Below are positions 1 to 8,700 of a DNA stretch of 32,000 nt, piece after piece. The notes beneath the pieces are model-generated. The model ran no database searches and was not told the origin of the DNA. It was given only the letters and a program-made list of their open reading frames with translations. Source of the stretch: an uncultured archaeon (lineage in GTDB: Archaea > Iainarchaeota > Iainarchaeia > Iainarchaeales > 0-14-0-20-30-16); assembly GCA_964480435.1 (NCBI GenBank), contig CAYZSS010000002.1, positions 1 through 32,000 on the forward strand, given 5' to 3'. The position numbers and the translations under genes are program-made. Within the stretch, counting starts at the first letter, position 1, and each line of letters starts with the position of its first letter.

Positions 1-440
1 TATTCTCAATTGCACATGAATTTATTGGCATCGCATACAAATTACCCAAAAAAGAAATTTCGCAACTCCAAAAATATGGGAAAGAACTAGGCACATTCTA
101 TCAATATGCAAATGATTTCCATGATTCTTTTAGCATCCCCACAGCAGTAAGAGGGTCTACTGAAGAAAAATCGCGAATTACATTATCAATGCCCTTAATA
201 CTTGCAATAAAAGAAAACCCCAAATATTATACAAAACTTATTGGAGAAGAAGTACCCAGAAAAGAATTAGAAAAAATTTATAATAAAATGAAGAAAGACG
301 GAATTGAAGAAAAATCAAAAAGTCTTTTGAACTCTACCAAAGAAAATATCATAACAATTTATGGGAAAGAAAACAAAGAATTAGAATCTTTACTCAATAT
401 CATTGGAAGTGCTTCTTTTTGGAGCTATAAATATAAATAA
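1..440 (+). CDS. Polyprenyl (isoprenyl) diphosphate synthase-like protein, C-terminal part; the 5' end lies outside the window
   Basis: The frame starting at nt 3 is open with no stop until 438-440, so the ORF-track Met at 189 is internal. The translation ...KYGKELGTFYQYANDFHDSF...RGSTEEKSRITLSMPLILAI... resembles the second Asp-rich motif region (here NDFHD) and the following K-x-T-L helix of trans-isoprenyl diphosphate synthases. Confidence 0.5.
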   Translation, partial: FSIAHEFIGIAYKLPKKEISQLQKYGKELGTFYQYANDFHDSFSIPTAVRGSTEEKSRITLSMPLILAIKENPKYYTKLIGEEVPRKELEKIYNKMKKDGIEEKSKSLLNSTKENIITIYGKENKELESLLNIIGSASFWSYKYK

Positions 441-491
441 TAACTATTTACTCCACAAAAACTATTTATATCTTAAAGCGCTAAATAGATC

Positions 492-1943
492 ATGAAAAAA
501 ATTATTATCTTCTTTGTTATTATTCTTATTTTCATGTTATCTGGATGCGTTATGGACAACTTTCCTGAGCAAAAAAAAACCTGCCCATTTGAATGCTGTT
601 ATAACGACTCAACATATTTAGATAAGAATTGCCCAGATAGACTAAGTTGTGGTGAGTTTCTAAAGTGTGTAAACGAAACTAATACAAATAACCAGACAAC
701 AAAAGAAAACGATTTAAACACAGCAACAAAAAGCACAGAACAAATAGATAAAAACAACCCCAATACAAAATCTAACAGCATTCTCGCCTGCCCATACCAA
801 TGTTGCGAGGATTACAAAGGATTTGAAAACAAAAACTGTGATAACAAACATTACTGCGACAATGGAAACTGTTTCTTAAAAGATGGCTGCAAATACAACA
901 ACCCAAGTTGTGGCAGCCAGTATAATTGTGAAAATAATGTTTGCATTTTAGAAAGTGAAAAATGTGAATTTGACCAAGATTGTAAAGATTGGGAATATTG
1001 CGAAACAAATAATGCCTGCCAACTTACTTCTGGAGCCTGCAATACAGATTCTGATTGTTTATCAGGATTAGTTTGTAGCAACAATTATTGTGAAGAAGAA
1101 ACACACCAAGAAATAAATTATGGCAACGCCTTACAAGATGTTTTTAGTATTACAGAACTTAAAGAATACCCATTTAATTGTGCAACCCCAGATTATATAA
1201 AAAAATGGTATTATACAGATTTAAACATTAATACAGAAGAAATAAGTTTTGAAGCAAGAGGAGTAGACGTTACTATCTTTGTTCCAGAGCCAAACACAGA
1301 AAAATTAGATCTTGCTAATCAAGGAAAGATAATATTAGAAAGTTATTTGCCGAAAATCCAAGATTATTTTGGACCTTACCCTTGTGACAATTTAATTGTA
1401 CAAGCATATAGCGACGCAGCACTAGGCAGCCCAGGATCAATAATAATTGGAGGGGACGGAGGACTAAACCACCCTTGGCTTTTGGGGCACGAGTTAATAC
1501 ATTCTTATTTTTTTACAGGGGTTTATCCAGAATGGTTCACTGAAGGACCATCCAGCACAGTACCATTTATTTTACTAGATGATTCAAGAAACACTTTGGA
1601 GTCAGCAGGAATAGGGAACACAGATTTAATTATTTTAGACGATTATAAATCAGGAATAAACACTAAACTTTTAGACATGGATTTTAATAGACCTGTTTGT
1701 GAATTAAGCGGAATGAAATCAAGTTATGCAGGGCGTTATTTAATATTAGAATATTTATATTTCAACATAGGAAAAGAAAACTTACTTAATATTATTAGAT
1801 TAGCATGGGAAAAATACAAATACACAAACAAAAAAGTCAACAATGCTGATTTTTGCAAGGCGGCATTATATTTTACACCTGAGGAACAGAAAGAAAAAGT
1901 AAAAGAATATTTAAATTATATGCTTTGTGGGGCCTGTGATTAA
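492..1943 (+). CDS. Secreted or lipid-anchored Cys-rich protein with an MA-clan (HExxH...E) zinc metalloprotease domain
   Basis: 483-aa ORF. The hydrophobic signal peptide ends in a lipobox-like LSGC (Cys19 at nt 546-548). Residues about 31-200 carry multiple Cys-rich modules (CP[FY][EQ]CC...KNC...C...C twice, then C-x5-DC-x5-C-x5-C type repeats). HELIH lies at nt 1488-1502 and is followed by WFTEG, as in Peptidase_MA_2-like gluzincins. Confidence 0.75.
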   Translation: MKKIIIFFVIILIFMLSGCVMDNFPEQKKTCPFECCYNDSTYLDKNCPDRLSCGEFLKCVNETNTNNQTTKENDLNTATKSTEQIDKNNPNTKSNSILACPYQCCEDYKGFENKNCDNKHYCDNGNCFLKDGCKYNNPSCGSQYNCENNVCILESEKCEFDQDCKDWEYCETNNACQLTSGACNTDSDCLSGLVCSNNYCEEETHQEINYGNALQDVFSITELKEYPFNCATPDYIKKWYYTDLNINTEEISFEARGVDVTIFVPEPNTEKLDLANQGKIILESYLPKIQDYFGPYPCDNLIVQAYSDAALGSPGSIIIGGDGGLNHPWLLGHELIHSYFFTGVYPEWFTEGPSSTVPFILLDDSRNTLESAGIGNTDLIILDDYKSGINTKLLDMDFNRPVCELSGMKSSYAGRYLILEYLYFNIGKENLLNIIRLAWEKYKYTNKKVNNADFCKAALYFTPEEQKEKVKEYLNYMLCGACD

Positions 1944-3139
1944 TCTTTATCATCCAGATAATCCAAGACTTTATCATTATCTCCATCTTTCAGATAATCA
2001 TATACCACTTTTAAATCAAATGATTTCTTAAAACCAGAACTATAAATATTTTCAATAAATGCTTTTTCTGCCATATCCAGCGCGGATTCTTTAGTAGCCC
2101 TAAAATCAATTTCTTTTATTTTTTGTTCAATTATTGAAATATCTTTTTCAACATCTAATATTATGCCTTCTCTTTTCTTTGCCAAAACTAAGATTTCTTT
2201 TTTATGCTCTTCTAAATCCCCAATTATCTTTAGCTTTAAGTAGGGCTCAAGAGGCACATCTTTCCCAAATATAGAATACGTTTGTGTTGGTTTTTTTGCA
2301 AAGTCATCAATTACTACCGTAATGTCCTTATCAACATCTACATCAATATAAGCATATTCCCTTTGTATTGGGATTTCTATATGTTCTAGTGCCCCTGTTT
2401 CAGTATCATAGAGCACAAAGCCCTTCTTTTGCTTCATTTCCTGCTTTCTTACCTGGGTTATTATTGTAGAGCCAGGTAATAGGAATTTCCCAAAGCCCAA
2501 ATCAAATATCTTATGCGCATGTATATGACCATTTACATAAAGATCAAAACCCTCTGGCAAATTCTTAAATTCCAGAGTTGCAACCATATCATCATTAAAC
2601 GGCAACAATTCCTTAAAAGATTGATGTAAAATAAGAATATTTTTTCCTTTTTGTGGTTTGAAATCTAATTTTGCTAAAGCATCTTTAGCAACTTGCTCCG
2701 GAACCCCCTTCATTCCAAAAATATTCAGAGTTTCATTTCCTTTTTGTATTGTGCAAAAACCAGCGTGCAAACAAATCAAGCAACCAGCATTCTCTAGAAC
2801 TTCTAAAGGCCCATCTTCCTTTGCTTTATACTCATGTGTTCCTGGAATAGATATTATTGGGTAGTCAAAGATACTATGCCCATTATGCTCATGCTTATCT
2901 TCAACCTTAATTACTTTTGCTTCAGAATGAATACTAGCAAATTGTTGTAATAAAGAGAATACCTTTGAAAGGCAATCTTCACCTGGCCCAGAGCTATCAA
3001 AAATATCACCTGGCAGAACAATAACATCTGCTTTTTCTTTTGCTATTTCAAAAGCCTGTTTAGCATAGATATATGAATCATATTCTCTTTTGTGCTTAGA
3101 AAAACCAAAATGAGTATCAGAGATAAATGCAAGTTTCAT
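1940..3139 (-). CDS. mre11: Mre11/SbcD-family calcineurin-like metallophosphoesterase (DNA double-strand-break repair nuclease)
   Basis: 399 aa. The phosphoesterase motifs appear in order: DTHFG, GDIFD, PGTHE (normally GNH[DE]), ILILHQ, NGHIHAH and PGS. By eye it is collinear with the archaeal Mre11 N-terminal nuclease plus capping domain. Confidence 0.8.
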   Translation of the reverse strand: MKLAFISDTHFGFSKHKREYDSYIYAKQAFEIAKEKADVIVLPGDIFDSSGPGEDCLSKVFSLLQQFASIHSEAKVIKVEDKHEHNGHSIFDYPIISIPGTHEYKAKEDGPLEVLENAGCLICLHAGFCTIQKGNETLNIFGMKGVPEQVAKDALAKLDFKPQKGKNILILHQSFKELLPFNDDMVATLEFKNLPEGFDLYVNGHIHAHKIFDLGFGKFLLPGSTIITQVRKQEMKQKKGFVLYDTETGALEHIEIPIQREYAYIDVDVDKDITVVIDDFAKKPTQTYSIFGKDVPLEPYLKLKIIGDLEEHKKEILVLAKKREGIILDVEKDISIIEQKIKEIDFRATKESALDMAEKAFIENIYSSGFKKSFDLKVVYDYLKDGDNDKVLDYLDDKD

Positions 3140-3169
3140 ATAACCACAAGAATATAATTGTTTAATTAA

Positions 3170-3835
3170 TCAAATAAGCCTATCTGCTTTTTTCTCGATT
3201 TTATTCTTATTTACTAAATAGATCTTGTCTGCTTGCCCAATAAATAGGCCCGTTTCAAATACACCTGGAATTTGCCTTGTTTTGTAATCTAAATCATCAA
3301 AAGAGATTCTTTTATTTAATTCCAAGTCAATTAAGTAATTTCCACCAACAGTCCTGGCCAGTTCAGAACCTTTCTTTCTTAATGTTACTTCTCCAAAAGC
3401 GCTTAAATTATTAAGAGTATTTTTTACACAAAAGGTAGATACTTCAAAAGGCACCTTTAAATCATAATAATTTTCATAACGTCCCGATTCTAAAAATACA
3501 ACTACCTTAGAAGCCATATTTGTAATAATTTTATCAATAACTAATGAAGATGTATCCGTTTTTACATAATTAAAGAAAGAATCTGCAAAGCTTGCAAATT
3601 CTATAACCAAATCAATGTGGTCACCGGGCTTAGATAAAGGAATATCAAAATCATTAAGAGTGTGGGCTATCTCAAGAGAAGTAGGAACCACCTTTAGTTT
3701 TAAGTCTTTTATTATATTATGTAACGCCATTTGTTTTATTACCTTAAGAGATGTTTTTGAAGTGCCTAAGGCAACAACTTTATTTTTGTCCAAATGTTTT
3801 TCCAGGAACCCTTCAATAAAAGTATAAGATAACAT
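3170..3835 (-). CDS. Ribose-5-phosphate isomerase A-like protein with a divergent active site
   Basis: 221 aa and collinear with RpiA: VVALGTSKTS vs GxGTGST, KVPFEVSTF vs PLPVEV, TVGGNYLIDLEL vs TDNGNxILD, and QIPGVFETGLF vs IPGVVxxGLF. However, the DGADE and KGxGGA motifs are replaced by IEFASF and KTDTSS. Confidence 0.6.
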   Translation of the reverse strand: MLSYTFIEGFLEKHLDKNKVVALGTSKTSLKVIKQMALHNIIKDLKLKVVPTSLEIAHTLNDFDIPLSKPGDHIDLVIEFASFADSFFNYVKTDTSSLVIDKIITNMASKVVVFLESGRYENYYDLKVPFEVSTFCVKNTLNNLSAFGEVTLRKKGSELARTVGGNYLIDLELNKRISFDDLDYKTRQIPGVFETGLFIGQADKIYLVNKNKIEKKADRLI

Positions 3836-3919
3836 TGTATAATATACACAAACTTGGTTTTTATAACTTTCTAGATATTTTAAGAAAAAGCAGAAATAAT
3901 AATTAAAAAAGGAAAGGAT

Positions 3920-4264
3920 TTAGTTCTTAAATATATTACCCATATTGCTTATTGTGCTATGTGTTCCTTTAGCTATGGCCTTACCTACACCAGTTGGCTT
4001 GTTACCTTTAAGTATATTCTTAGTAACCTTTCCTGCATCCTTAAGCATATTATCTACTATCCCTTCAGGACATTTTATACTATCAAAGTCAACTTCCTTA
4101 AGTTCAACAAATTTCTTAAGGCTAACTGCATTATCCTTTGCCCCTTGTAATAGGTTAAATAAAAGATATACCCCTAAAAGAATTAGACCGATGTTCAGTA
4201 AAGAACCATTGTTCATTAATCCAAATACTAATATTCCTAATAACAAAGCAATTAATAATTTCAT
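3920..4264 (-). CDS. Small membrane protein (2 predicted N-terminal TM helices plus a Lys/Gly-rich soluble tail), function unknown
   Basis: 114-aa ORF on the same strand as the upstream block. The N-terminus MKLLIALLLGILVFGL...IGLILLGVYLLFNLL is strongly hydrophobic. A TATA-like ATTATAT (about nt 4285-4295) lies about 26 nt upstream of the ATG. Confidence 0.55.
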   Translation of the reverse strand: MKLLIALLLGILVFGLMNNGSLLNIGLILLGVYLLFNLLQGAKDNAVSLKKFVELKEVDFDSIKCPEGIVDNMLKDAGKVTKNILKGNKPTGVGKAIAKGTHSTISNMGNIFKN

Positions 4265-4368
4265 ATCAAAACACTACTCGTTTAATATCATATAATATGA
4301 ATAAAGATATCTTTATAAAGGTTCCCTGGTGTTTTCTTCAGGGCACAAGGGAAAATAAAGGTAAATTA

Positions 4369-4689
4369 TTATCCACCCAATCCCTTCAGAAGATCACCAT
4401 ATTGGTCGCCCATTCCACCAACACCATCTTGATCTTCACTAGCGCCATCCTTGTTAAGTATCAAATAAACAACAATAAGAACAGCAGCAACATATATTCC
4501 ATAGCTCTCATAAGCAGACCCAGAAATAAAGTATATTATAACTCCATATAAACCCAGAATAATAAATACTTTTTTTTCCTTAGATATAAAACCAGCAACA
4601 CCAGCAACAATAAGCATCATCCAGTATAGTTTATACTGCGAAGCAATCATCATTACGAAGATAGAAACAATAAAAGAGAAAATTTCCAT
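4369..4689 (-). CDS. Small polytopic membrane protein (about 3 TM) with an acidic Gly/Asp-rich C-terminal tail, function unknown
   Basis: 106-aa ORF, 5 bp downstream of the preceding ORF. It is almost entirely hydrophobic helices and ends in DGASEDQDGVGGMGDQYGDLLKGLGG. Confidence 0.6.
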   Translation of the reverse strand: MEIFSFIVSIFVMMIASQYKLYWMMLIVAGVAGFISKEKKVFIILGLYGVIIYFISGSAYESYGIYVAAVLIVVYLILNKDGASEDQDGVGGMGDQYGDLLKGLGG

Positions 4690-4694
4690 CCTGA

Positions 4695-4961
4695 TCAGCT
4701 CTTAAATATCTCCTTTCCATAGGTCTGATACAAATAAATCGCTAAAACAATCCAAATTAAGGTGTCGTGTTGATAGAAAACTAAAAACATTATTATTAGA
4801 GTATACAATATAGCTACTTCAGGACTTCCTAATTTCCCTTTAGCCCAGGAAAATAAAAAAATGCTTATATAAAGGAACAAGGCAAGCCAAATATCCCCTT
4901 TAAAAGTCCCAATATCCGCAAATAAAAGTATCCAGTTCATAATTCCCACTATATAATGCAC
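4695..4961 (-). CDS. Small polytopic membrane protein (about 3 TM), function unknown
   Basis: 88-aa ORF, hydrophobic throughout, 42 bp downstream of the previous ORF and 5 bp upstream of the next. Confidence 0.55.
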   Translation of the reverse strand: MHYIVGIMNWILLFADIGTFKGDIWLALFLYISIFLFSWAKGKLGSPEVAILYTLIIMFLVFYQHDTLIWIVLAIYLYQTYGKEIFKS

Positions 4962-5003
4962 TATTTTGTTTTTATAATTATCTAATTTTTAAGCAAAAGA
5001 GGG

Positions 5004-5348
5004 TTATTCTGCATGCCCCTTACTTGCTCTAAACTTCCCTCTAAAGAATGCTGATCCCCAAACCACTGTTGAAGTAAATCCCGCACCCATAAGAAATATC
5101 AGCACATAAAAACTTGCTGCCATTTCAACATACTTCCAAGCAAGGAAATAAACCAATATTGCAGATAGAATCCAGAAAGTAACCCCTTCTATCCCCATAT
5201 TTTTCAGGTAACCCATGATTAAAAAAGCAATTATTACCTGGAATAAAGGTCTTGATATTGAATATACTTGCATAAAAACTATTGGCAAAAGAATTATTAC
5301 TAAAAAACCTATTCCAATTATTCCAAATAATCCACCTTTATTATTCAT
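5004..5348 (-). CDS. Small polytopic membrane protein (about 4 TM), function unknown
   Basis: 114-aa ORF, 4 bp downstream of the preceding ORF, with four hydrophobic stretches and a short basic C-terminus. Confidence 0.6.
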   Translation of the reverse strand: MNNKGGLFGIIGIGFLVIILLPIVFMQVYSISRPLFQVIIAFLIMGYLKNMGIEGVTFWILSAILVYFLAWKYVEMAASFYVLIFLMGAGFTSTVVWGSAFFRGKFRASKGHAE

Positions 5349-5352
5349 ATCT

Positions 5353-5778
5353 TCACCGTCTCATAAATGGATTCATTCCAGGGTTTTTCACTGTCTGAGA
5401 ATTCATTCTTCTCTGGGCCACATCAACCCCACTACTAAGAGGGGTTGTTCCAGGAGCTGTTAAATTCTGCTGCTTACCTTGTTGTTCTGCCTGCTTTTCA
5501 CCAGTTACCTGCTGACCTACAAAGAATAAATCTACCATAGTTCCAGCAACTCCAATTCCTAGCAAAGTATAAATTATAAATACAGGCCCAAATGTAGACC
5601 AACTTGCTATTAATATAAAATACCCCATAAACACAACCATAAGAATTTTTATTAGTTTATTTTGGATATACTTGTTTACAAAGCCAAGAATAGCAACAAA
5701 TGCAAAAATTTTGATGATGAAGGACATATCTGAAAAAAAACCAAATATACCAAATATATCCAATATTACCAAAGCCAT
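5353..5778 (-). CDS. Small polytopic membrane protein (about 4 TM) with a Gln/Pro/Ser-rich disordered C-terminal tail, function unknown
   Basis: 141-aa ORF starting 16 bp after the stop of the 2,227-aa gene. It has four hydrophobic helices followed by GEKQAEQQGKQQNLTAPGTTPLSSG... Confidence 0.65.
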   Translation of the reverse strand: MALVILDIFGIFGFFSDMSFIIKIFAFVAILGFVNKYIQNKLIKILMVVFMGYFILIASWSTFGPVFIIYTLLGIGVAGTMVDLFFVGQQVTGEKQAEQQGKQQNLTAPGTTPLSSGVDVAQRRMNSQTVKNPGMNPFMRR

Positions 5779-5794
5779 GCTTACACCATCAATA

Positions 5795-8700
5795 TTATTT
5801 TATCATATCTAATAACTTTACAGGGTTATAATAATATTCGCTTCCACCCTCTACAGATTTGTAACAAACATTTCCTTTACTTATTTGATTGTATAGACTT
5901 TCTAAATTATCTATGGATAATCCAGTTATTTCTTTTGCTACATTCAGAGCAGATAAGTTTACTGCATTACTATACACAATTCTCTCTATTGTTTTTTCTA
6001 CATTTGTTAAATTAATTATTTTTAATTCCTTTATCTCCCCATTTTCAACAATTTCAAATCTTATTCCATCATTTTCTGCGTAGATATATTCCCCTTCTGT
6101 TTTTTCCACAGTCCAGCCATGCAATAATATTTCACATAATTCAGAGCCATATTCTGGCACATCACTACAATTCAGAGTTATATTTTCATCCTTAGGAATT
6201 GTTTCTGTTAATTTAAATATTTTCATTGGATTATAATATATCAAATTATCATTAAAATAGCCTGAAAATACAGAGCCTATTTCAGTTGTGTTAAGTTCTT
6301 TAAATGAATAATTTTTTACTTCATATTGCTTTAATGCGGATTTATCCTCATCACCTACAAGAGAAAAAACCCCTTCCGACCCAGCAGCATAACTTAACTG
6401 TTTATCTACTGCAGTACCAACACCAGATATTAATCCTGAGCCAGTATTATCAACAGGCATATAATAAAATATATGGTTTGGGCTATAACTTGAAACATAT
6501 GCCAAGTAAACATCTAAGTCATTATCTTTTTGTACTATATTTACATTATAAATTCCAGGATTCAAAACACCAATTGGGTTTCCACTATAATCCAAAATTC
6601 TTATATTATCAAAGTTTGTAAAGAAAGCTGCATTTTCTGTTGCTTTCAAAGCAGATTCAGAATAATTATCATACATTAATTTTACTTGGAATTCTTTTTG
6701 GTCTTGTTTTTCTATTACCTTTGCAAATTGCAATAAATCACAAGCAGTTGTTCCTGCATAATTCTCATCCTTTACAACACAGAACTCTTTATCAACTAAG
6801 TCACCCCAAGTATAATTTATTGTTGGCTTAAATTCAGAACCTGTATTTCCACCATACGGACAAGAGCCTAAATTAGACTCAAAAAAATAATCTTTGCTGC
6901 TGTCGGTAGTATGATATAATTTTATTGTTTCTGCATCAGCCCCATTAAAAGAACCAGATATTTCCAAATTAGTAGTAGAATTAAAATTATAACCCTGTAC
7001 AAAACTTGCAAGACTTAATTCTAACCCTGTTTTTCTGCAAATTAAAAGTTGGGCATAAGTTGTTGCACCTTCATCATTCTTACCAATATCAGTATCAAGA
7101 TCTACTTGCCCACCATAAATAAAGGATTGCACACCATTTTGTTCATCAGTATAAAGGTTATTTCCTGTGCTATCTGTTTGTCCAGATTTATCGCGATGAA
7201 ATTCTAAATCTACTGGTTCAAAACCAGGAGGACAAAAAGTATATGAATAAACTGTTCGCTTGCCCCCACTATCTCCTTCAACCCCCGCAGTTGCAAGATT
7301 AACAAAATACGGGGCAGATATATTTGGTCCCATTTTATTAATTAGACCATAAAAATCAAAAAAATCTGGTTCTTTTGCCTCACCAGCCACAGTTCCATGG
7401 GTCCCACCAAGAGTATCAAAATTATAATTTAATTTAAATTCATTTGAGTTATCTGGCAAACTACCTGACCAAATCCAATACTGACCAGTAGTTGATTCAT
7501 CATCATTACTGGTTTTTCCCCCCTTATGCTGATCTATATTTCCCGCAATTAGAATCCAGTTAGGGTCTTTTATTATTGTTTGGCTATCTGTAAGTTTGGA
7601 TATTTCAGAGTCATCAAAATTACGATAAAAACCCTTTGTTTCGTTTTGACCAATTGCATAATATTCAGCATCAAGATAACCATCAGAGCTAGCAGTAACA
7701 GTATCTAAAATTTGATATCTTTTTGCTGCACCAGATGGATCTGAATTCACTATATTAAAATTAAAATTATTTTCCCAACCAGTAAAATCTGGATAAAGTT
7801 CATTTATAAATACTTTTATATCTCCTGAGTTATTAGTAATAAATGGGTTTACTACAAAATATTTATCACCTTTAGAAGATTGCACAGCAATTTTTACATT
7901 TTTTATATAATTATATTCTTGGGACACATCGTCTTTAACACTTAAAGGAATTACTAAAGCTCCTGAAAAATAAGTAGGCCTCATAATATCAAAATCAATT
8001 GAATTTTCTTCTCCTGGTTTTAAATCCAAATCTCTATTAAATATATCATCCCACGACAAATACATTCCATTAACTTTACAATAATTGGAATCCGGAACTA
8101 GAAACTTATCACACAGCTTTATTTTCAAATCAATACCACAATTATTTATTATTGTTAATGGCAAAGTATCTTTTTTATAAGAAGATTCATATTTTGGCAA
8201 TTCAATATCATCGATACCTACTACATCCAGAGTATTAGCTCTTGGTTTTGTTGTGCCCCCTTCTTTCTCATAACCAAATCTAATAATAGAAGGGTCTGCA
8301 CTTAAATAATTTTCAGGGTCATCACTATCAGCAGATAATCCAAAAGTTAAACACTCAGAAATATCCTTTTCGGAAACAGTAACATTAACATTAGCAGAAG
8401 ATAAATTTGCTAAGCCATTTTCCCCTATATTTTTTTTATAATATGGTGTCAGAGTAAATTTTATTGTTGTATCATTTCCAAAATTATACCCATCAAGTTT
8501 ATTGTATGTAATTTTATAAATATAAGGGCTATTTGATCTTTCTTTTGGAGCAATTAAAGACGCTGATTTTGACCCTTCTATGCCAAACAATTTATATGCT
8601 TCAGTTGAAGAAACATCAGTGTAACCATCAATATTTACAGTAAACCCACCAGGTATATTTCCAGGAGCAGACTGCATTTCTGCATTCAAATCTATTTTTT

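Noticed and set aside
4297-4551. 84-aa plus-strand ORF spanning the gap between the small membrane-protein genes.
   Set aside because: It overlaps the strongly hydrophobic 106-aa minus-strand ORF. Its 5' part covers what looks like the terminator hairpin and promoter region of the minus-strand genes.
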